64,000 nucleotides of DNA from an uncultured Sphingorhabdus sp. (GTDB lineage Bacteria > Pseudomonadota > Alphaproteobacteria > Sphingomonadales > Sphingomonadaceae): contig CAZQBS010000008.1 in assembly GCA_964591835.1 (NCBI GenBank), positions 1,959-65,958 on the forward strand, given 5' to 3'. This document shows, in pieces, positions 9,561-20,159 of the stretch. The notes beneath the pieces are model-generated. The model was not told the DNA's origin. It saw nothing but the letters and a program-made list of their open reading frames with translations, and did not search any database. Both the position numbers and the translations under genes were made by a program. The first letter of the stretch is position 1. Every line of letters starts with the position of its first letter.

Positions 9561-10592
9561 ATGCCAGCGCCTGCGCCGAAGAAATTGCTCAACGTCCTGA
9601 AAGGCAATCGGGAAGCGGTTCCGCCGGTGTGGCTGATGCGTCAGGCTGGGCGCTATCTCCCCGAATATCGCGCACTTCGCGCCGTAAAAGGCGGATTCCT
9701 CGAGCTCGCTTATGATAGCGACTGTGCCGCGGAGATTACCTTGCAGCCGATCCGGCGTTTTGGTTTTGACGGCGCGATCCTGTTTTCCGACATTCTCGTT
9801 ATCCCGCACGCGATGGGGCAGGATCTGTGGTTCGAAACCGGTGAGGGGCCAAGGCTTGCACCGCCGCTGTCGGGCCATGATTTCAAGAAACTCTTGCCCG
9901 CACCCGAGCGGCTCGATCCGGTATTTGAAACCGTCCGCAAAGTTGCGGCTGCGCTGCCACCCGGGACCACCTTTCTGGGCTTCGCTGGAAGCCCGTGGAC
10001 GGTCGCTACCTATATGGTTGCGGGTCAGGGTAGCAAGGACCAAGCCGACGCACGGCGCATGGCCTACGGGCATCCTGAGCGCTTCGGTGAACTGATCGAC
10101 CGGATCATTACCGCGACGGTCGAATATCTTTCCCGGCAGATCGAAGCAGGGGTCGATGCTGTGCAGTTGTTCGACAGCTGGGCAGGGTCATTGTCGCCAG
10201 CGCAGTTCGACCACTGGGTGATCGCGCCTAATGCGAAAATCGTCGCGGCATTGAAAAAGCGGCATCCCGATGCTCCGATCATAGGTTTTCCCAAAGGTGC
10301 CGGTGGCAAGCTGCCAGCCTATGCGCGCGAAACCGGGGTCGATGCCGTTGGCATCGATGAAACCGTCGATCCGGTCTGGGCGAACGCGAACTTACCAGCC
10401 GGGATGCCCGTTCAGGGAAATCTCGATCCGTTGGCATTAATTGCGGGAGGGGCGGCGCTTGAAAGTGCCGTAGAGCGGATACTCGCCGCCTTTGCCGACC
10501 GTCCGCATATCTTCAACCTTGGCCATGGTATATTGCCCGACACCCCCATTGAACATGTGGAAAAGCTGCTTACTCTGGTCCGCAAGGGATAA
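9561..10592 (+). CDS. hemE: Uroporphyrinogen decarboxylase
   Basis: PVWLMRQAGRYLPEY, ILFSDIL, GSPWTVATYM, QGNLDP and FNLGHGI. Confidence 0.96.
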   Translation: MPAPAPKKLLNVLKGNREAVPPVWLMRQAGRYLPEYRALRAVKGGFLELAYDSDCAAEITLQPIRRFGFDGAILFSDILVIPHAMGQDLWFETGEGPRLAPPLSGHDFKKLLPAPERLDPVFETVRKVAAALPPGTTFLGFAGSPWTVATYMVAGQGSKDQADARRMAYGHPERFGELIDRIITATVEYLSRQIEAGVDAVQLFDSWAGSLSPAQFDHWVIAPNAKIVAALKKRHPDAPIIGFPKGAGGKLPAYARETGVDAVGIDETVDPVWANANLPAGMPVQGNLDPLALIAGGAALESAVERILAAFADRPHIFNLGHGILPDTPIEHVEKLLTLVRKG

Positions 10593-10611
10593 GTGACTCG
10601 AGTATCCATTA

Positions 10612-11055
10612 ATGACGGAAATTATTGCTTTGCTCTATTACTGGCTCAAATCGGCCCATATCATTTTCGTGATTTTCTGGATGGCCGGACTTTTCATGCT
10701 TCCGCGTTTTCTGGTATATCATCAGGAAAGTGCAGAAGGCTCCGAGGAATCCGCCAAATGGGTCGAGCGTGAAGCAAAGCTCATCAAGATTATCCTCAAT
10801 CCCTCAATCGGTGTGGTTTGGCTGATCGGTCTGGCTTTGGCCTGGCACATCGGCGCAATGCAGGAAGGATGGTTCCACATTAAGCTGCTCTTCGTACTCG
10901 GCCTTTCCGCTTATCATGGCTGGATGATCGGTTACTCCAAAAACCTGGCCAAGGGTGAGCGGACGCTGACCGGAAAGCAGCTGCGACTTTTCAACGAAGT
11001 GCCCGGGATAGCCGCTGCCATCATCGTGGTGCTGGTAGTGGCCAAGCCGTTTTGA
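10612..11055 (+). CDS. hemJ: Protoporphyrinogen oxidase HemJ (CopD family)
   Basis: KSAHIIFVIFWMAGLFMLPRFLVYH and RLFNEVP; directly after hemE. Confidence 0.88.
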   Translation: MTEIIALLYYWLKSAHIIFVIFWMAGLFMLPRFLVYHQESAEGSEESAKWVEREAKLIKIILNPSIGVVWLIGLALAWHIGAMQEGWFHIKLLFVLGLSAYHGWMIGYSKNLAKGERTLTGKQLRLFNEVPGIAAAIIVVLVVAKPF

Positions 11056-11061
11056 ACGGGT

Positions 11062-11090
11062 TTGACAATTTGCAGACATAAGCCTAGTCA
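11062..11090 (+). promoter_or_regulatory. Putative sigma70 promoter of rho, followed by a C-rich leader of about 130 nt
   Basis: TTGACA-N17-TAGTCA. The leader contains the C-rich, G-poor stretch ccttaccatctccaacc. Confidence 0.45.
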
Positions 11091-11225
11091 ATCCGCCAAG
11101 CCCGTCCTGGGCGTGAGGCGCGACCTTTCACAACAACCGCGCCACCGACCTTACCATCTCCAACCGGTTGCCTTTCTGAAACCGGCTGTCATTTCGGGCC
11201 CAAGGCCCATCAACGGAATAAATTT

Positions 11226-12482
11226 ATGCATTTGAAAGAGCTGAAAAGCAAGAACCCCGCCGACCTCGTGTCGATGGCCGAAGAGCTCGGTGTCGAAGGC
11301 GCCTCAACGCTTCGCAAACAGGATCTGATGTTCGCGATCCTGAAAGAACTTGCTGACGATGGCGAGCAGATCATGGGTCTGGGGACGATCGAAGTGCTGC
11401 CCGACAGCTTCGGCTTCCTGCGTTCGCCCGAAGCGAACTATCTCGCCGGTCCAGACGATATCTATGTCTCGCCCAACATGGTTCGCCAGTTCGGGCTTCG
11501 TACCGGCGACACTGTCGAAGGTGAAATCCGCGCACCCAAGGATGGCGAGCGCTATTTCGCGCTGACCAAGGTCATGCAGGTTAATTTCGACGATCCCGAA
11601 GCGGTACGCCACCGCGTCAATTTCGATAACCTCACGCCGCTTTATCCCGACGAGAAGCTGACGCTGGATTCGCTCGACCCAACGGTCAAGGACAAGTCGG
11701 CGAGAGTCATCGACATCGTCTCGCCGCAGGGCAAGGGCCAGCGCGCGCTGATCGTGGCCCCGCCGCGGACAGGTAAAACCGTGCTTTTGCAAAATATCGC
11801 AAAGGCTATTACCGATAACCATCCCGAAGTGTTCCTGATCGTTCTTCTGATCGACGAGCGGCCCGAGGAAGTCACCGACATGCAACGCAGCGTGAAGGGC
11901 GAGGTTGTTTCCTCGACCTTCGACGAACCAGCCACCCGCCACGTGCAAGTCGCCGAAATGGTCATCGAAAAGGCCAAGCGCCTGGTCGAGCACAAGCATG
12001 ACGTGGTGATCCTGCTCGATTCCATCACCCGCCTCGCGCGCGCCTACAACACCGTCGTGCCCAGCTCGGGCAAGGTGCTGACCGGCGGTGTCGATGCCAA
12101 CGCGCTGCAACGCCCCAAGCGCTTCTTCGGTGCGGCGCGGAACATCGAGGAGGGCGGTTCGCTCTCGATTATCGCAACCGCTCTCATCGACACCGGCAGC
12201 CGCATGGACGAGGTCATCTTTGAAGAATTCAAGGGCACGGGTAACTCCGAAATCGTGCTCGACCGCAAGGTTTCCGACAAGCGCATCTTCCCGTCGCTCG
12301 ACGTCGGCAAGTCGGGCACGCGCAAGGAAGAGCTGCTGGTCGAGGGCGACAAGCTCAAGAAAATGTGGGTGCTTCGCCGTATCCTGATGCAGATGGGCAC
12401 GGTTGACGCTATGGAGTTCCTGCTCGACAAGATGAAGGATTCGAAGACCAACGAAGACTTCTTCGATTCGATGAATCAGTAA
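11226..12482 (+). CDS. rho: Transcription termination factor Rho
   Basis: [50 protein letters not shown] and EEFKGTGN. Confidence 0.98.
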   Translation: MHLKELKSKNPADLVSMAEELGVEGASTLRKQDLMFAILKELADDGEQIMGLGTIEVLPDSFGFLRSPEANYLAGPDDIYVSPNMVRQFGLRTGDTVEGEIRAPKDGERYFALTKVMQVNFDDPEAVRHRVNFDNLTPLYPDEKLTLDSLDPTVKDKSARVIDIVSPQGKGQRALIVAPPRTGKTVLLQNIAKAITDNHPEVFLIVLLIDERPEEVTDMQRSVKGEVVSSTFDEPATRHVQVAEMVIEKAKRLVEHKHDVVILLDSITRLARAYNTVVPSSGKVLTGGVDANALQRPKRFFGAARNIEEGGSLSIIATALIDTGSRMDEVIFEEFKGTGNSEIVLDRKVSDKRIFPSLDVGKSGTRKEELLVEGDKLKKMWVLRRILMQMGTVDAMEFLLDKMKDSKTNEDFFDSMNQ

Positions 12483-12497
12483 GCAATAGGGCCAAGC

Positions 12498-13226
12498 ATG
12501 TTCGAATTTCTGATTGCCACCGCATCAACCGCCACCTCGCTCGGCGGTCCAGCCGAAATCTGGGCCGCCATCGTCAAGGATTTCTCCAACATCACCGAAC
12601 CGGCCGCCTTTGCCGCGTTCGTTCAGGTGTTGCTGATCGATCTCGTGCTGGCTGGCGACAATGCGATCGTTGTCGGTGCCCTGGCAGCAGGCCTCCCGCC
12701 CGAACAGCGCAAGAAGGTCATTCTGATCGGTGTTCTGGCGGCTTTGGTGCTGCGCATCGTCTTCGCGTTGATGGTCAGCTGGCTGCTCGGCATTGTCGGG
12801 CTGGTACTGGCGGGCGGTCTGCTGCTGCTCTGGGTGGCATGGCGCATGTACCGCGACATCAAGGGCCATGCAGGCGAATCCGCTGGTTCGCCCGAAATCG
12901 CCGGTGATGAACATTCGGGCGTGAAGTCGTCAAAGACCTTCGCCGGTGCGGCATGGGGCGTAGCCGTCGCTGACGTCTCGATGAGCCTTGACAACGTCCT
13001 CGCCGTCGCAGGTGCAGCGCGCGATCATCCCGGCATACTCATCGTCGGCCTGATTTTCGCCGTCGCCTTGATGGGCATCGCCGCCAACATCATCGCACAG
13101 TATATCGAACGCTACCGCTGGATTGCATGGGTCGGGCTGGTTGTGATCGTCTATGTGGCGGGCAAGATGATCTATGAAGGCTGGAACGAAGTGCAACCGG
13201 TGCTGCTGGCCTTTGCGGGGATGTAG
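12498..13226 (+). CDS. TerC/YjbE-family integral membrane protein
   Basis: IDLVLAGDNAIVV and ADVSMSLDNVLAVAG; multiple transmembrane segments. Confidence 0.88.
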   Translation: MFEFLIATASTATSLGGPAEIWAAIVKDFSNITEPAAFAAFVQVLLIDLVLAGDNAIVVGALAAGLPPEQRKKVILIGVLAALVLRIVFALMVSWLLGIVGLVLAGGLLLLWVAWRMYRDIKGHAGESAGSPEIAGDEHSGVKSSKTFAGAAWGVAVADVSMSLDNVLAVAGAARDHPGILIVGLIFAVALMGIAANIIAQYIERYRWIAWVGLVVIVYVAGKMIYEGWNEVQPVLLAFAGM

Positions 13227-13228
13227 TG

Positions 13229-13257
13229 AAAAAGGCTCCTTTTTCAGGAGCCTTTTT
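13229..13257. terminator. Bidirectional intrinsic terminator
   Basis: AAAAAGGCTCCT-ttttc-AGGAGCCTTTTT between convergent genes. Confidence 0.85.
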
Positions 13258-13259
13258 CT

Positions 13260-13970
13260 TTAGAACAGATGCTCCGCGAAAAACGCCGCCGTCCTCGAAT
13301 CCGCCAACTCCGCCCCAGCATCATCGCGCCGGTTGCCCATTTCGGTAGCGAAGCCGTGGTCCAAGCCGGCATAATCGTGCAGCGTCACCTTCGGGTGGCC
13401 GTCCAGCCCGGCATGGATCGCGGTTTGCGCCTCGGGTCCGACAAAATGGTCGGCGGTCGGAATGTGGAGCATCAGCGGTTTGGCGATGGAGTGGGTCTCG
13501 TTCAGCATCTGGTCGATCATCACGCCGTAATAGCCGACCGAGGCGCTGATATCCGTCCGCGCCGCGGCCATGTAAGCTAGGCTGCCGCCCAGGCAATAAC
13601 CGACGCAACCGACTTTCTGCACAGGCTCATGCCCGGCCAGCCCGCCGCGAATGGCATGGATGACCGCCTCGATATCCTTCACCCCGTCATTCGCGTCATA
13701 TTGCCCGAAATAGCCGAATGCCTCCTGCAATTCGGCCTCGACATCGGGGTTGAGTTCTACGCCGGGGGCAAAGCGCCAGAAAATGTCGGGGGCGACTGCG
13801 AGATAGCCGTCCGCCGCCAGCCGGTCGCATTTCTGTCGGATACCGGCATTGACGCCGAAGATTTCGGGGATAACGATGATCGCTGCCTTGGCCGCTTCGG
13901 CCGGTGAAGCTATATATGCCGGTAACAGGGCGTCCTCGCCCAGCGCGCTGATTTTGACCGTCTCACCCAT
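13260..13970 (-). CDS. Dienelactone hydrolase family protein
   Basis: IPEIFGVNAGIR, VGYCLGG nucleophile motif, YAGLDHGF. Confidence 0.9.
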   Translation of the reverse strand: MGETVKISALGEDALLPAYIASPAEAAKAAIIVIPEIFGVNAGIRQKCDRLAADGYLAVAPDIFWRFAPGVELNPDVEAELQEAFGYFGQYDANDGVKDIEAVIHAIRGGLAGHEPVQKVGCVGYCLGGSLAYMAAARTDISASVGYYGVMIDQMLNETHSIAKPLMLHIPTADHFVGPEAQTAIHAGLDGHPKVTLHDYAGLDHGFATEMGNRRDDAGAELADSRTAAFFAEHLF

Positions 13971-14060
13971 TTCCTGTTCCTTTTTTGCGGCAATTGCTTG
14001 ATTCGCCTTTGTCACTATACTGGCCTTCATGCTGAGGAAAAGGAAGGAGGGCGCGGCCCC

Positions 14061-14321
14061 ATGAAGATGAATATCGAGATCGACTGTTCGCCCGAAGAGG
14101 CGCGCGCATTGCTGGGGCTGCCCGATGTGACCAAAGCGAACGAGGCCTATGTCGAGAATGTCACCAAACTTATGAAGGGCGCTGGCGGGATCGAGCAGCT
14201 TCAGGAAATAGGTAAGCAGATCGCGCCGATGGGGCAGATGGGACTCCAGTTGTTCCAGCAACTCATCGAGAGCGGTGCAAAAGCAGCTTTTTCGGGCATT
14301 AACCCGAAGGACAAGAAATAA
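14061..14321 (+). CDS. Small conserved protein (DUF6489-like)
   Basis: MKMNIEIDCSPEEARALLGLPDV; RBS AAGGAGG upstream; precedes mnmE. Confidence 0.65.
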   Translation: MKMNIEIDCSPEEARALLGLPDVTKANEAYVENVTKLMKGAGGIEQLQEIGKQIAPMGQMGLQLFQQLIESGAKAAFSGINPKDKK

Positions 14322-14330
14322 TCAGACCCG

Positions 14331-15626
14331 ATGAGCACCGCTGACACGATCTTTGCGCTGTCGAGCGGTGTGCCACCGGCGGCAATTGCGATAGTCCGGA
14401 TCAGCGGGCCAGCGGCATCCGATGCGGTGCGGGCGCTGGCGGGGCGTTTGCCCTTGCCGCGAAAGGCCTCGCTTACGACTTTGCGCAATCCGGCGGACGG
14501 TTCATTTCTCGATCGTGCCTTGCTCCTTATCTTCGTCGGCCCCGACACTGCGACCGGAGAGGATCTGGCCGAGCTGCATCTGCACGGCGGTCGCGCTGTG
14601 GTTCGTGCGGTCGAGGCTGCACTTTCGGAATTGCCCGGACTACGCCGCGCCGAACCAGGCGAGTTTACCCGCCGTGCGTTCACCAATGGCCGGCTGGATC
14701 TGAACGAGGCCGAAGGGCTGGCGGATTTGCTGTCCGCAGAAACCGAATGGCAGCGCCGCGCAGCGGGTGCAATGATGGGCGGTGCGTTCAGCGCGGCGGT
14801 CGAGGAGTGGCGGCAGGAAGTACTTCGGCTGTCTGCATTGACTGAGGCAGAGCTCGACTTTTCCGATGAAGGCGATGTCGGATTGCAGAATAATAGCGCT
14901 ATATCAGATAGTTGTATCATGCTTCATGACGTCATACGGGTACTCTTGACAGCCCCACCGGCTGAGAAATTGCGCGACGGATTGCGCGTCGTGCTGGGCG
15001 GACCGCCCAATAGCGGCAAGTCAACATTGCTGAATGCACTGGTGGCGCGCGAGGCGGCAATCGTGTCTGATATCGCTGGAACCACGCGCGATATGATCGA
15101 GGTTCCGGTGGCGCTTGAGGGGATCCCGCTCCTGTTTATCGATACCGCCGGGCTTCGCGAAGCGACCGACGACCGGATCGAAGCGATGGGCATCGAACGA
15201 ACTCAACATGCAATGGCTGGTGCCGACATGATATTGTGGCTGGGCAAAGAGGGTGAGGGACCAAGTCACCCACAACTTGTTGAAGTAGAAGCGAAAGCCG
15301 ATGATCCAACCCACTTGGCTAAGAGCAATCCGGCTTTTCGTGTTTCCGCAGTCAGCGGTCACGGGATGGCCGAGCTGGTGCGCGAAATAATCGACCGCGC
15401 AAAAATCCTATTGCCTCCGCCCGACCTGTTCGCTGTCAACCAGCGCCAGCGGCTATTGCTTGCCAAGACCGCCACCACGTTGGTCGAGGCTGCCGACTCA
15501 AAGGACTGGCTCATCGTCGCCGAACATTTGCGACAGGCGCGGCTGGCGCTCGATGCCCTGACCGGAAGAGCGCATACGGAGGAGATGCTCGACATGTTGT
15601 TCGGAAGATTCTGCGTCGGAAAGTAG
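14331..15626 (+). CDS. mnmE: tRNA modification GTPase MnmE
   Basis: DTIFALSSG, GEDLAELHLHGG, GPPNSGKSTL, IAGTTRD, DTAGLRE and FGRFCVGK. Confidence 0.96.
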   Translation: MSTADTIFALSSGVPPAAIAIVRISGPAASDAVRALAGRLPLPRKASLTTLRNPADGSFLDRALLLIFVGPDTATGEDLAELHLHGGRAVVRAVEAALSELPGLRRAEPGEFTRRAFTNGRLDLNEAEGLADLLSAETEWQRRAAGAMMGGAFSAAVEEWRQEVLRLSALTEAELDFSDEGDVGLQNNSAISDSCIMLHDVIRVLLTAPPAEKLRDGLRVVLGGPPNSGKSTLLNALVAREAAIVSDIAGTTRDMIEVPVALEGIPLLFIDTAGLREATDDRIEAMGIERTQHAMAGADMILWLGKEGEGPSHPQLVEVEAKADDPTHLAKSNPAFRVSAVSGHGMAELVREIIDRAKILLPPPDLFAVNQRQRLLLAKTATTLVEAADSKDWLIVAEHLRQARLALDALTGRAHTEEMLDMLFGRFCVGK

Positions 15627-15628
15627 CG

Positions 15629-15644
15629 CGTTTCACGTGAAACA
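15629..15644. promoter_or_regulatory. parS site, one mismatch to consensus
   Basis: CGTTTCACGTGAAACA between mnmE and mnmG. Confidence 0.9.
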
Positions 15645-15656
15645 CACCGGCCCGCT

Positions 15657-15685
15657 TTGACCCGGCGCCGGGCTTGCGCTATGCG
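15657..15685 (+). promoter_or_regulatory. Putative sigma70 promoter of mnmG, probably leaderless
   Basis: TTGACC-N17-TATGCG ending 7 nt before the ATG at 15693. Confidence 0.45.
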
Positions 15686-15692
15686 CGCCGGC

Positions 15693-17579
15693 ATGGGTCA
15701 GGACTTTGACATCATTATTGTAGGCGGCGGTCACGCCGGGACCGAAGCGGCAGCGGTTGCGGCGCGGATGGGCGCCCGCGTGGCGCTGGTGAGTTTCGAC
15801 CGCGACACCATCGGGGCAATGTCTTGCAACCCCGCGATTGGCGGGCTGGGCAAAGGCCATCTGGTGCGCGAAGTCGATGCCTTTGACGGGCTGATCGCGC
15901 GCGCGGCAGACGATGCCGCTATTCACTACCGGATGCTTAACGGGTCGAAAGGCGCTGCGGTGCAAGGTCCACGAATTCAAGCAGACCGACGGCTTTTCAA
16001 AGCATCGATCCAAAAGCAATTGGTCGAACAAGCCAATCTTACGATCATTGAGGGCGAGGCCGCAGCGTTGCAGTTTGCATCGGGAAGCGCCAGCAAAGTA
16101 GCGGGCCTCGAGCTTGCGGATGGCACCACTCTCGTCGCGCCCGCAGTGATTCTGGCCACTGGCACCTTTCTCGGCGGAAAGCTGTTCCGTGGCGAGGAGC
16201 GTCTGGTTGGCGGAAGGATCGGCGAGTCGTCTGCGTTGAAGTTGGCCGAGCAGATTCGCGGAAGCGGTCTGCCGATGGCGCGACTTAAGACCGGTACGCC
16301 GCCGCGTCTCGATGGCCGCAGTATCGACTGGTCCCGGCTTGAGGTTCAGCCATCGGACGATAGCGACTGGACGATGTCGGCGATGACAGCCCGGCGCCAT
16401 GTGCCGCAACTGGCCTGCGCAATAACGCGGACCAATGCGCGGACGCATGACATCATCAGGGGCGGGCTCGACCGGTCGCCATTGTTCGGCGGAGACATTG
16501 CCGGGCAGGGGCCGCGCTATTGCCCGTCCATCGAGGACAAGATTTTCCGCTTCGGCGACCGCGACGGGCATCAGGTTTTCCTCGAGCCTGAGGGGCTGGA
16601 CAGCCACCTGATCTATCCCAATGGTATTTCGACATCGCTGCCCACAGATATCCAGGAAGCGATGGTCCGCTCGATGGCGGGGTTGGAAAATTGCGAGATC
16701 GTCGTACCGGGTTACGCGGTGGAGTACGACCATATCGATCCGCGCTCCCTCGATTCGACGTTGGCGGTGCGCGGGTTCACGGGACTTTACTGCGCCGGGC
16801 AGATCAACGGAACCACCGGATATGAAGAGGCTGCTGCGCAAGGGCTGATCGCCGGGATGGCCGCGGCGTGTAAAGCGCTGGGCGGCGATATGCCCGCGAT
16901 CGACCGCTCGAACAGCTATATGGCGGTGATGATCGATGATCTGACATTGCAGGGTGTCACCGAGCCTTACCGTATGCTGACGGCGCGCGCCGAATACCGG
17001 CTCCGGCTGAGGGCTGACAATGCTGCGACCCGGTTGACCGGTATGGCGATAAGCGCTTGCGCAGTCGGAGCGGAACGCAGCGCAGTCTTTGACGCGCGGC
17101 AAAGCGCCAAGGCGGCGCTTGAGGCCGAGCTTAATATTGCGTTCAGCGCCGAGCGGTTGATTCGGTCGGGCATAGACGTCAAGCGCGATGCGGGAAAAAT
17201 GCGGCTTTATGAATGGCTGCGCTATCCGACTGTGGATGTTGCGCAATTGCTGGCTGTTTCACGTGGAACTACTGAGGAAGCGTCGTTCGACCGGACGTTG
17301 GTTGCGGAAATCGAGCAGGACGGTCGATACGCACCCTATCTCGAGCGGCAGGAAGCAGAGATACGCGACATAGCGGCAAATGAGCGAATCGCATTGCCCG
17401 ATGCCCTGAGCTACCGTGCCGTAGCCGGCTTATCGAACGAGATGGTCGAACGCCTCGAAGCCGCGCGTCCTGAAAACCTCGGCGCAGCGGCGCGGGTGAG
17501 GGGGGTAACTCCAGCAGCGCTCGCGGCGATATTGGTCCACGCCAAGCGCGCCAATCCCGCAACCGATCTCGCCGCATGA
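15693..17579 (+). CDS. mnmG: tRNA uridine-5-carboxymethylaminomethyl synthesis enzyme MnmG (GidA)
   Basis: [40 protein letters not shown] and [17 protein letters not shown]. Confidence 0.97.
   Translation: MGQDFDIIIVGGGHAGTEAAAVAARMGARVALVSFDRDTIGAMSCNPAIGGLGKGHLVREVDAFDGLIARAADDAAIHYRMLNGSKGAAVQGPRIQADRRLFKASIQKQLVEQANLTIIEGEAAALQFASGSASKVAGLELADGTTLVAPAVILATGTFLGGKLFRGEERLVGGRIGESSALKLAEQIRGSGLPMARLKTGTPPRLDGRSIDWSRLEVQPSDDSDWTMSAMTARRHVPQLACAITRTNARTHDIIRGGLDRSPLFGGDIAGQGPRYCPSIEDKIFRFGDRDGHQVFLEPEGLDSHLIYPNGISTSLPTDIQEAMVRSMAGLENCEIVVPGYAVEYDHIDPRSLDSTLAVRGFTGLYCAGQINGTTGYEEAAAQGLIAGMAAACKALGGDMPAIDRSNSYMAVMIDDLTLQGVTEPYRMLTARAEYRLRLRADNAATRLTGMAISACAVGAERSAVFDARQSAKAALEAELNIAFSAERLIRSGIDVKRDAGKMRLYEWLRYPTVDVAQLLAVSRGTTEEASFDRTLVAEIEQDGRYAPYLERQEAEIRDIAANERIALPDALSYRAVAGLSNEMVERLEAARPENLGAAARVRGVTPAALAAILVHAKRANPATDLAA
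17255..17270. promoter_or_regulatory. Degenerate parS site inside mnmG
   Basis: TGTTTCACGTGGAACT, two mismatches, encoding VSRGT. Confidence 0.7.
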
Positions 17580-18217
17580 CCGAAGGCGAAGCGCAGGCAT
17601 GGCTGCAGTCTCGTTTCGATGTTTCACGTGAAACAGGTGAGCGGATAGAGACCTTCATCGTATATCTCCTGCGCGAAGCGGCAAGCCAGAACTTGATTTC
17701 CGCTTCAACACTGGGCCAGATATGGAGTCGCCATATCGTCGATAGCGCGCAGCTGCTGAAACTGGTGCCGCCGCAAATGACCGACGGCGAATGGCTGGAT
17801 TTGGGGTCGGGGGCGGGGTTTCCCGGGATCATCATTGCGCTGTTAAGTGATTTCAAAGTCACATTGGTCGAATCGCGGAACAGGCGGATCGACTATTTGC
17901 AGCGTGCTGTGGCTATGCTTGGCCTTGAGGATCGTGTGACGGTGGCGGGAATGCCGTTGGAGCGCCTCGAAACTGCCCCATTTTCGGTCATCTCCGCCCG
18001 TGCCTTCGCGCCATTGCCGCGCTTGTTCGCGCTTGCTGCGCGATTTTCCACAGATAAGACAATCTGGCTGTTACCAAAGGGTCGAAATGCGGATAAGGAA
18101 TGGCAAGAGGTTCAACCGGCCTGGACCGGAGATTTTAACATCGAACCCAGCGTAACCGACGCCGAATCGGGAATATTGGTCGGACATCTGTCCGCAACGA
18201 GGCAAAAAGCGCGATGA
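17576..18217 (+). CDS. rsmG: 16S rRNA m7G527 methyltransferase RsmG (GidB)
   Basis: [31 protein letters not shown] and LLPKG. Confidence 0.95.
   Translation: MTEGEAQAWLQSRFDVSRETGERIETFIVYLLREAASQNLISASTLGQIWSRHIVDSAQLLKLVPPQMTDGEWLDLGSGAGFPGIIIALLSDFKVTLVESRNRRIDYLQRAVAMLGLEDRVTVAGMPLERLETAPFSVISARAFAPLPRLFALAARFSTDKTIWLLPKGRNADKEWQEVQPAWTGDFNIEPSVTDAESGILVGHLSATRQKAR
17620..17635. promoter_or_regulatory. Perfect parS site inside rsmG
   Basis: TGTTTCACGTGAAACA, encoding DVSRET. Confidence 0.92.
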
Positions 18218-18993
18218 TTCGTATTGCCATAGCAAATCAGAAAGGCGGGGTAGGCAAAACCACGACCGCGATTAACCTCGCGACCGCGCTTGCCGCCAGC
18301 GGCTGGCGCTGTTTGCTGATCGACCTGGACCCGCAGGGTAACGCGTCGACGGGACTCGGCCTCAAGCAGGTTGACCGCGTGCACAGCAGCTACGATTTGC
18401 TGCTCGGCGATGCTTCGTTGAGCGATGCCGCAATCCCGACGCTAATTCCCGGCCTCGATATCATCCCCGCTACGGTAGATCTGTCGGGGGCCGAGGTCGA
18501 GCTGGTTGAATTCGAGGACCGCACCCACCGCTTGCAGGTGGCGTTCGCTAAATCGACGCGCGATTGGGACATTTGTCTGATCGATTGCCCGCCTTCTCTG
18601 GGGCTGCTGACAATCAATTCGATGATCGCGGTCGATTCGGTGCTGGTGCCCTTGCAGTGCGAATTCTTTGCGCTTGAGGGATTAAGCCAGTTACTACAGA
18701 CAGTTGAGCGCATCCAGAAACGCTTCAATCCAAACCTTTCGATCATGGGTGTGGCGCTTACGATGTTCGACCGGCGCAACCGGTTGACTGACCAAGTTGC
18801 CGATGATGTGCGTTCCTGTCTTGGCAATCTTGTGTTCGAAACGGTGATCCCGCGCAACGTTCGGCTTTCCGAAGCACCAAGCCACGGGCTGCCCGCCTTG
18901 GTCTACGACCACAAATGCAGTGGTTCGGAGGCCTATATCAAGCTCGCGCGCGAATTGATCGGTCGATTACCCGCCAAAGAACTCGCCGCATGA
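18214..18993 (+). CDS. parA: Chromosome partitioning ATPase ParA
   Basis: ANQKGGVGKTTT, DLDPQGNAS, IDCPPSLG and IPRNVRLSEAPSHG. Confidence 0.96.
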   Translation: MIRIAIANQKGGVGKTTTAINLATALAASGWRCLLIDLDPQGNASTGLGLKQVDRVHSSYDLLLGDASLSDAAIPTLIPGLDIIPATVDLSGAEVELVEFEDRTHRLQVAFAKSTRDWDICLIDCPPSLGLLTINSMIAVDSVLVPLQCEFFALEGLSQLLQTVERIQKRFNPNLSIMGVALTMFDRRNRLTDQVADDVRSCLGNLVFETVIPRNVRLSEAPSHGLPALVYDHKCSGSEAYIKLARELIGRLPAKELAA

Positions 18994-19922
18994 CGCCGCC
19001 CGACGAATCGGTGGAAAAGTCGCCTCTGCGCAAGAAAATGGGGCTTGGCCGCGGACTCGATGCGCTGCTGGGTGAGGCGCTTCGCGGCGAAGTCGCGCCG
19101 CAGCCTGCAAGTTTCGCAGGCAGCCAAAGCGGACAAGGCGTCGCGACACTGCCGATTGCCGACATCCACCCCAATCCCGACCAGCCGCGTCGCCATTTTG
19201 CCGAAGAGAAACTGGCCGAACTTGCGGCGAGCATATCGAGGCACGGCGTCATCCAGCCGATTGTCGTCCGCCCGCATAACGGCGCCTATCAGATCGTTGC
19301 AGGCGAACGACGCTGGCGTGCGGCGCAACGCGCGCAAATCCACGATATTCCTGCGATTATTCGCAGTTTCGACGATGCCGAAACGCTGGAAATAGCCTTG
19401 CTCGAGAATATCCAGCGGCAGGATCTGAACCCGATCGAAGAAGCGGAGGCTTACAGGAAGCTGACCGAGATGTTCGGGCACAGCGCACTGGCGCTTGCCG
19501 AGCTGGTCCACAAATCGCGCAGCCATGTTGCCAACATGATGCGGCTTCTGGAATTGCCGCCCGCGATTCGCGAACTGGTGATCGAGGAAAAATTGACCAT
19601 GGGTCATGCCCGCGCGCTTCTGGGCAGCGATGACGCAGTGCGGCTGGCGATGGTCGTTATCAAACAAGGGCTGTCGGTCAGGGCGACCGAGGCGCTGGTC
19701 AGGAAATCGCGCGCGCCGTCGGCCGGGGGGAAAGGTGCGCGGCAGGACAGTCCGGCCAATGCTGATATTCGTGCAGTCGAAACGCATCTGGGTGACCTTC
19801 TGGGGCTGAAAGTTAGCATCAACCAGAGAAATGCAACCGGGGCTGGCGCAGTCACTTTCGAATATGGCAGCCTCGATCAGCTCGACATGCTTTGCCAGCG
19901 ACTGACCGGCGAAAAATTTTAA
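18990..19922 (+). CDS. parB: Chromosome partitioning protein ParB
   Basis: GLGRGLDALL, NPDQPRR, IVAGERRWRAA and ENIQRQDLNPIEEA. Confidence 0.96.
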   Translation: MTPPDESVEKSPLRKKMGLGRGLDALLGEALRGEVAPQPASFAGSQSGQGVATLPIADIHPNPDQPRRHFAEEKLAELAASISRHGVIQPIVVRPHNGAYQIVAGERRWRAAQRAQIHDIPAIIRSFDDAETLEIALLENIQRQDLNPIEEAEAYRKLTEMFGHSALALAELVHKSRSHVANMMRLLELPPAIRELVIEEKLTMGHARALLGSDDAVRLAMVVIKQGLSVRATEALVRKSRAPSAGGKGARQDSPANADIRAVETHLGDLLGLKVSINQRNATGAGAVTFEYGSLDQLDMLCQRLTGEKF

Positions 19923-20058
19923 AGTCTCTCGGATTTTTATCGCGGCAAAGGTTCACCGGTTAACCTTTCCCGTTGGCAGTGCAGTTTATAACACATTGAA
20001 ATATATAGAGTGTGGAAAATTTAACCACGGCTGTTACCGCTTTCGACAGGCAGCCCCG

Positions 20059-20066
20059 TTAACCAT
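20059..20066 (+). promoter_or_regulatory. CtrA half-site-like motif upstream of the DUF4402 subunit gene
   Basis: TTAACCAT at 20059; related TTAACCAC at 20021 and TTAACCTT at 19960 in the same AT-rich intergenic region. Confidence 0.4.
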
Positions 20067-20159
20067 CCCGAAAAGCTAAACCTTATGATTCGCTGTGCAT
20101 AAGCGATGATGAATGCAGTGGGGCATTCCAATCTGCTTTTGTCATGAAGGACCAGAATT

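Noticed and set aside
14880-14950. AT-rich stretch with TTGACA inside mnmE, and a similar stretch at 25021-25090 in the cytochrome b gene
   Set aside because: No properly spaced -10 was found. They fall in a variable helical region and an Ile/Phe/Leu-rich TM helix, which can account for much of the bias.
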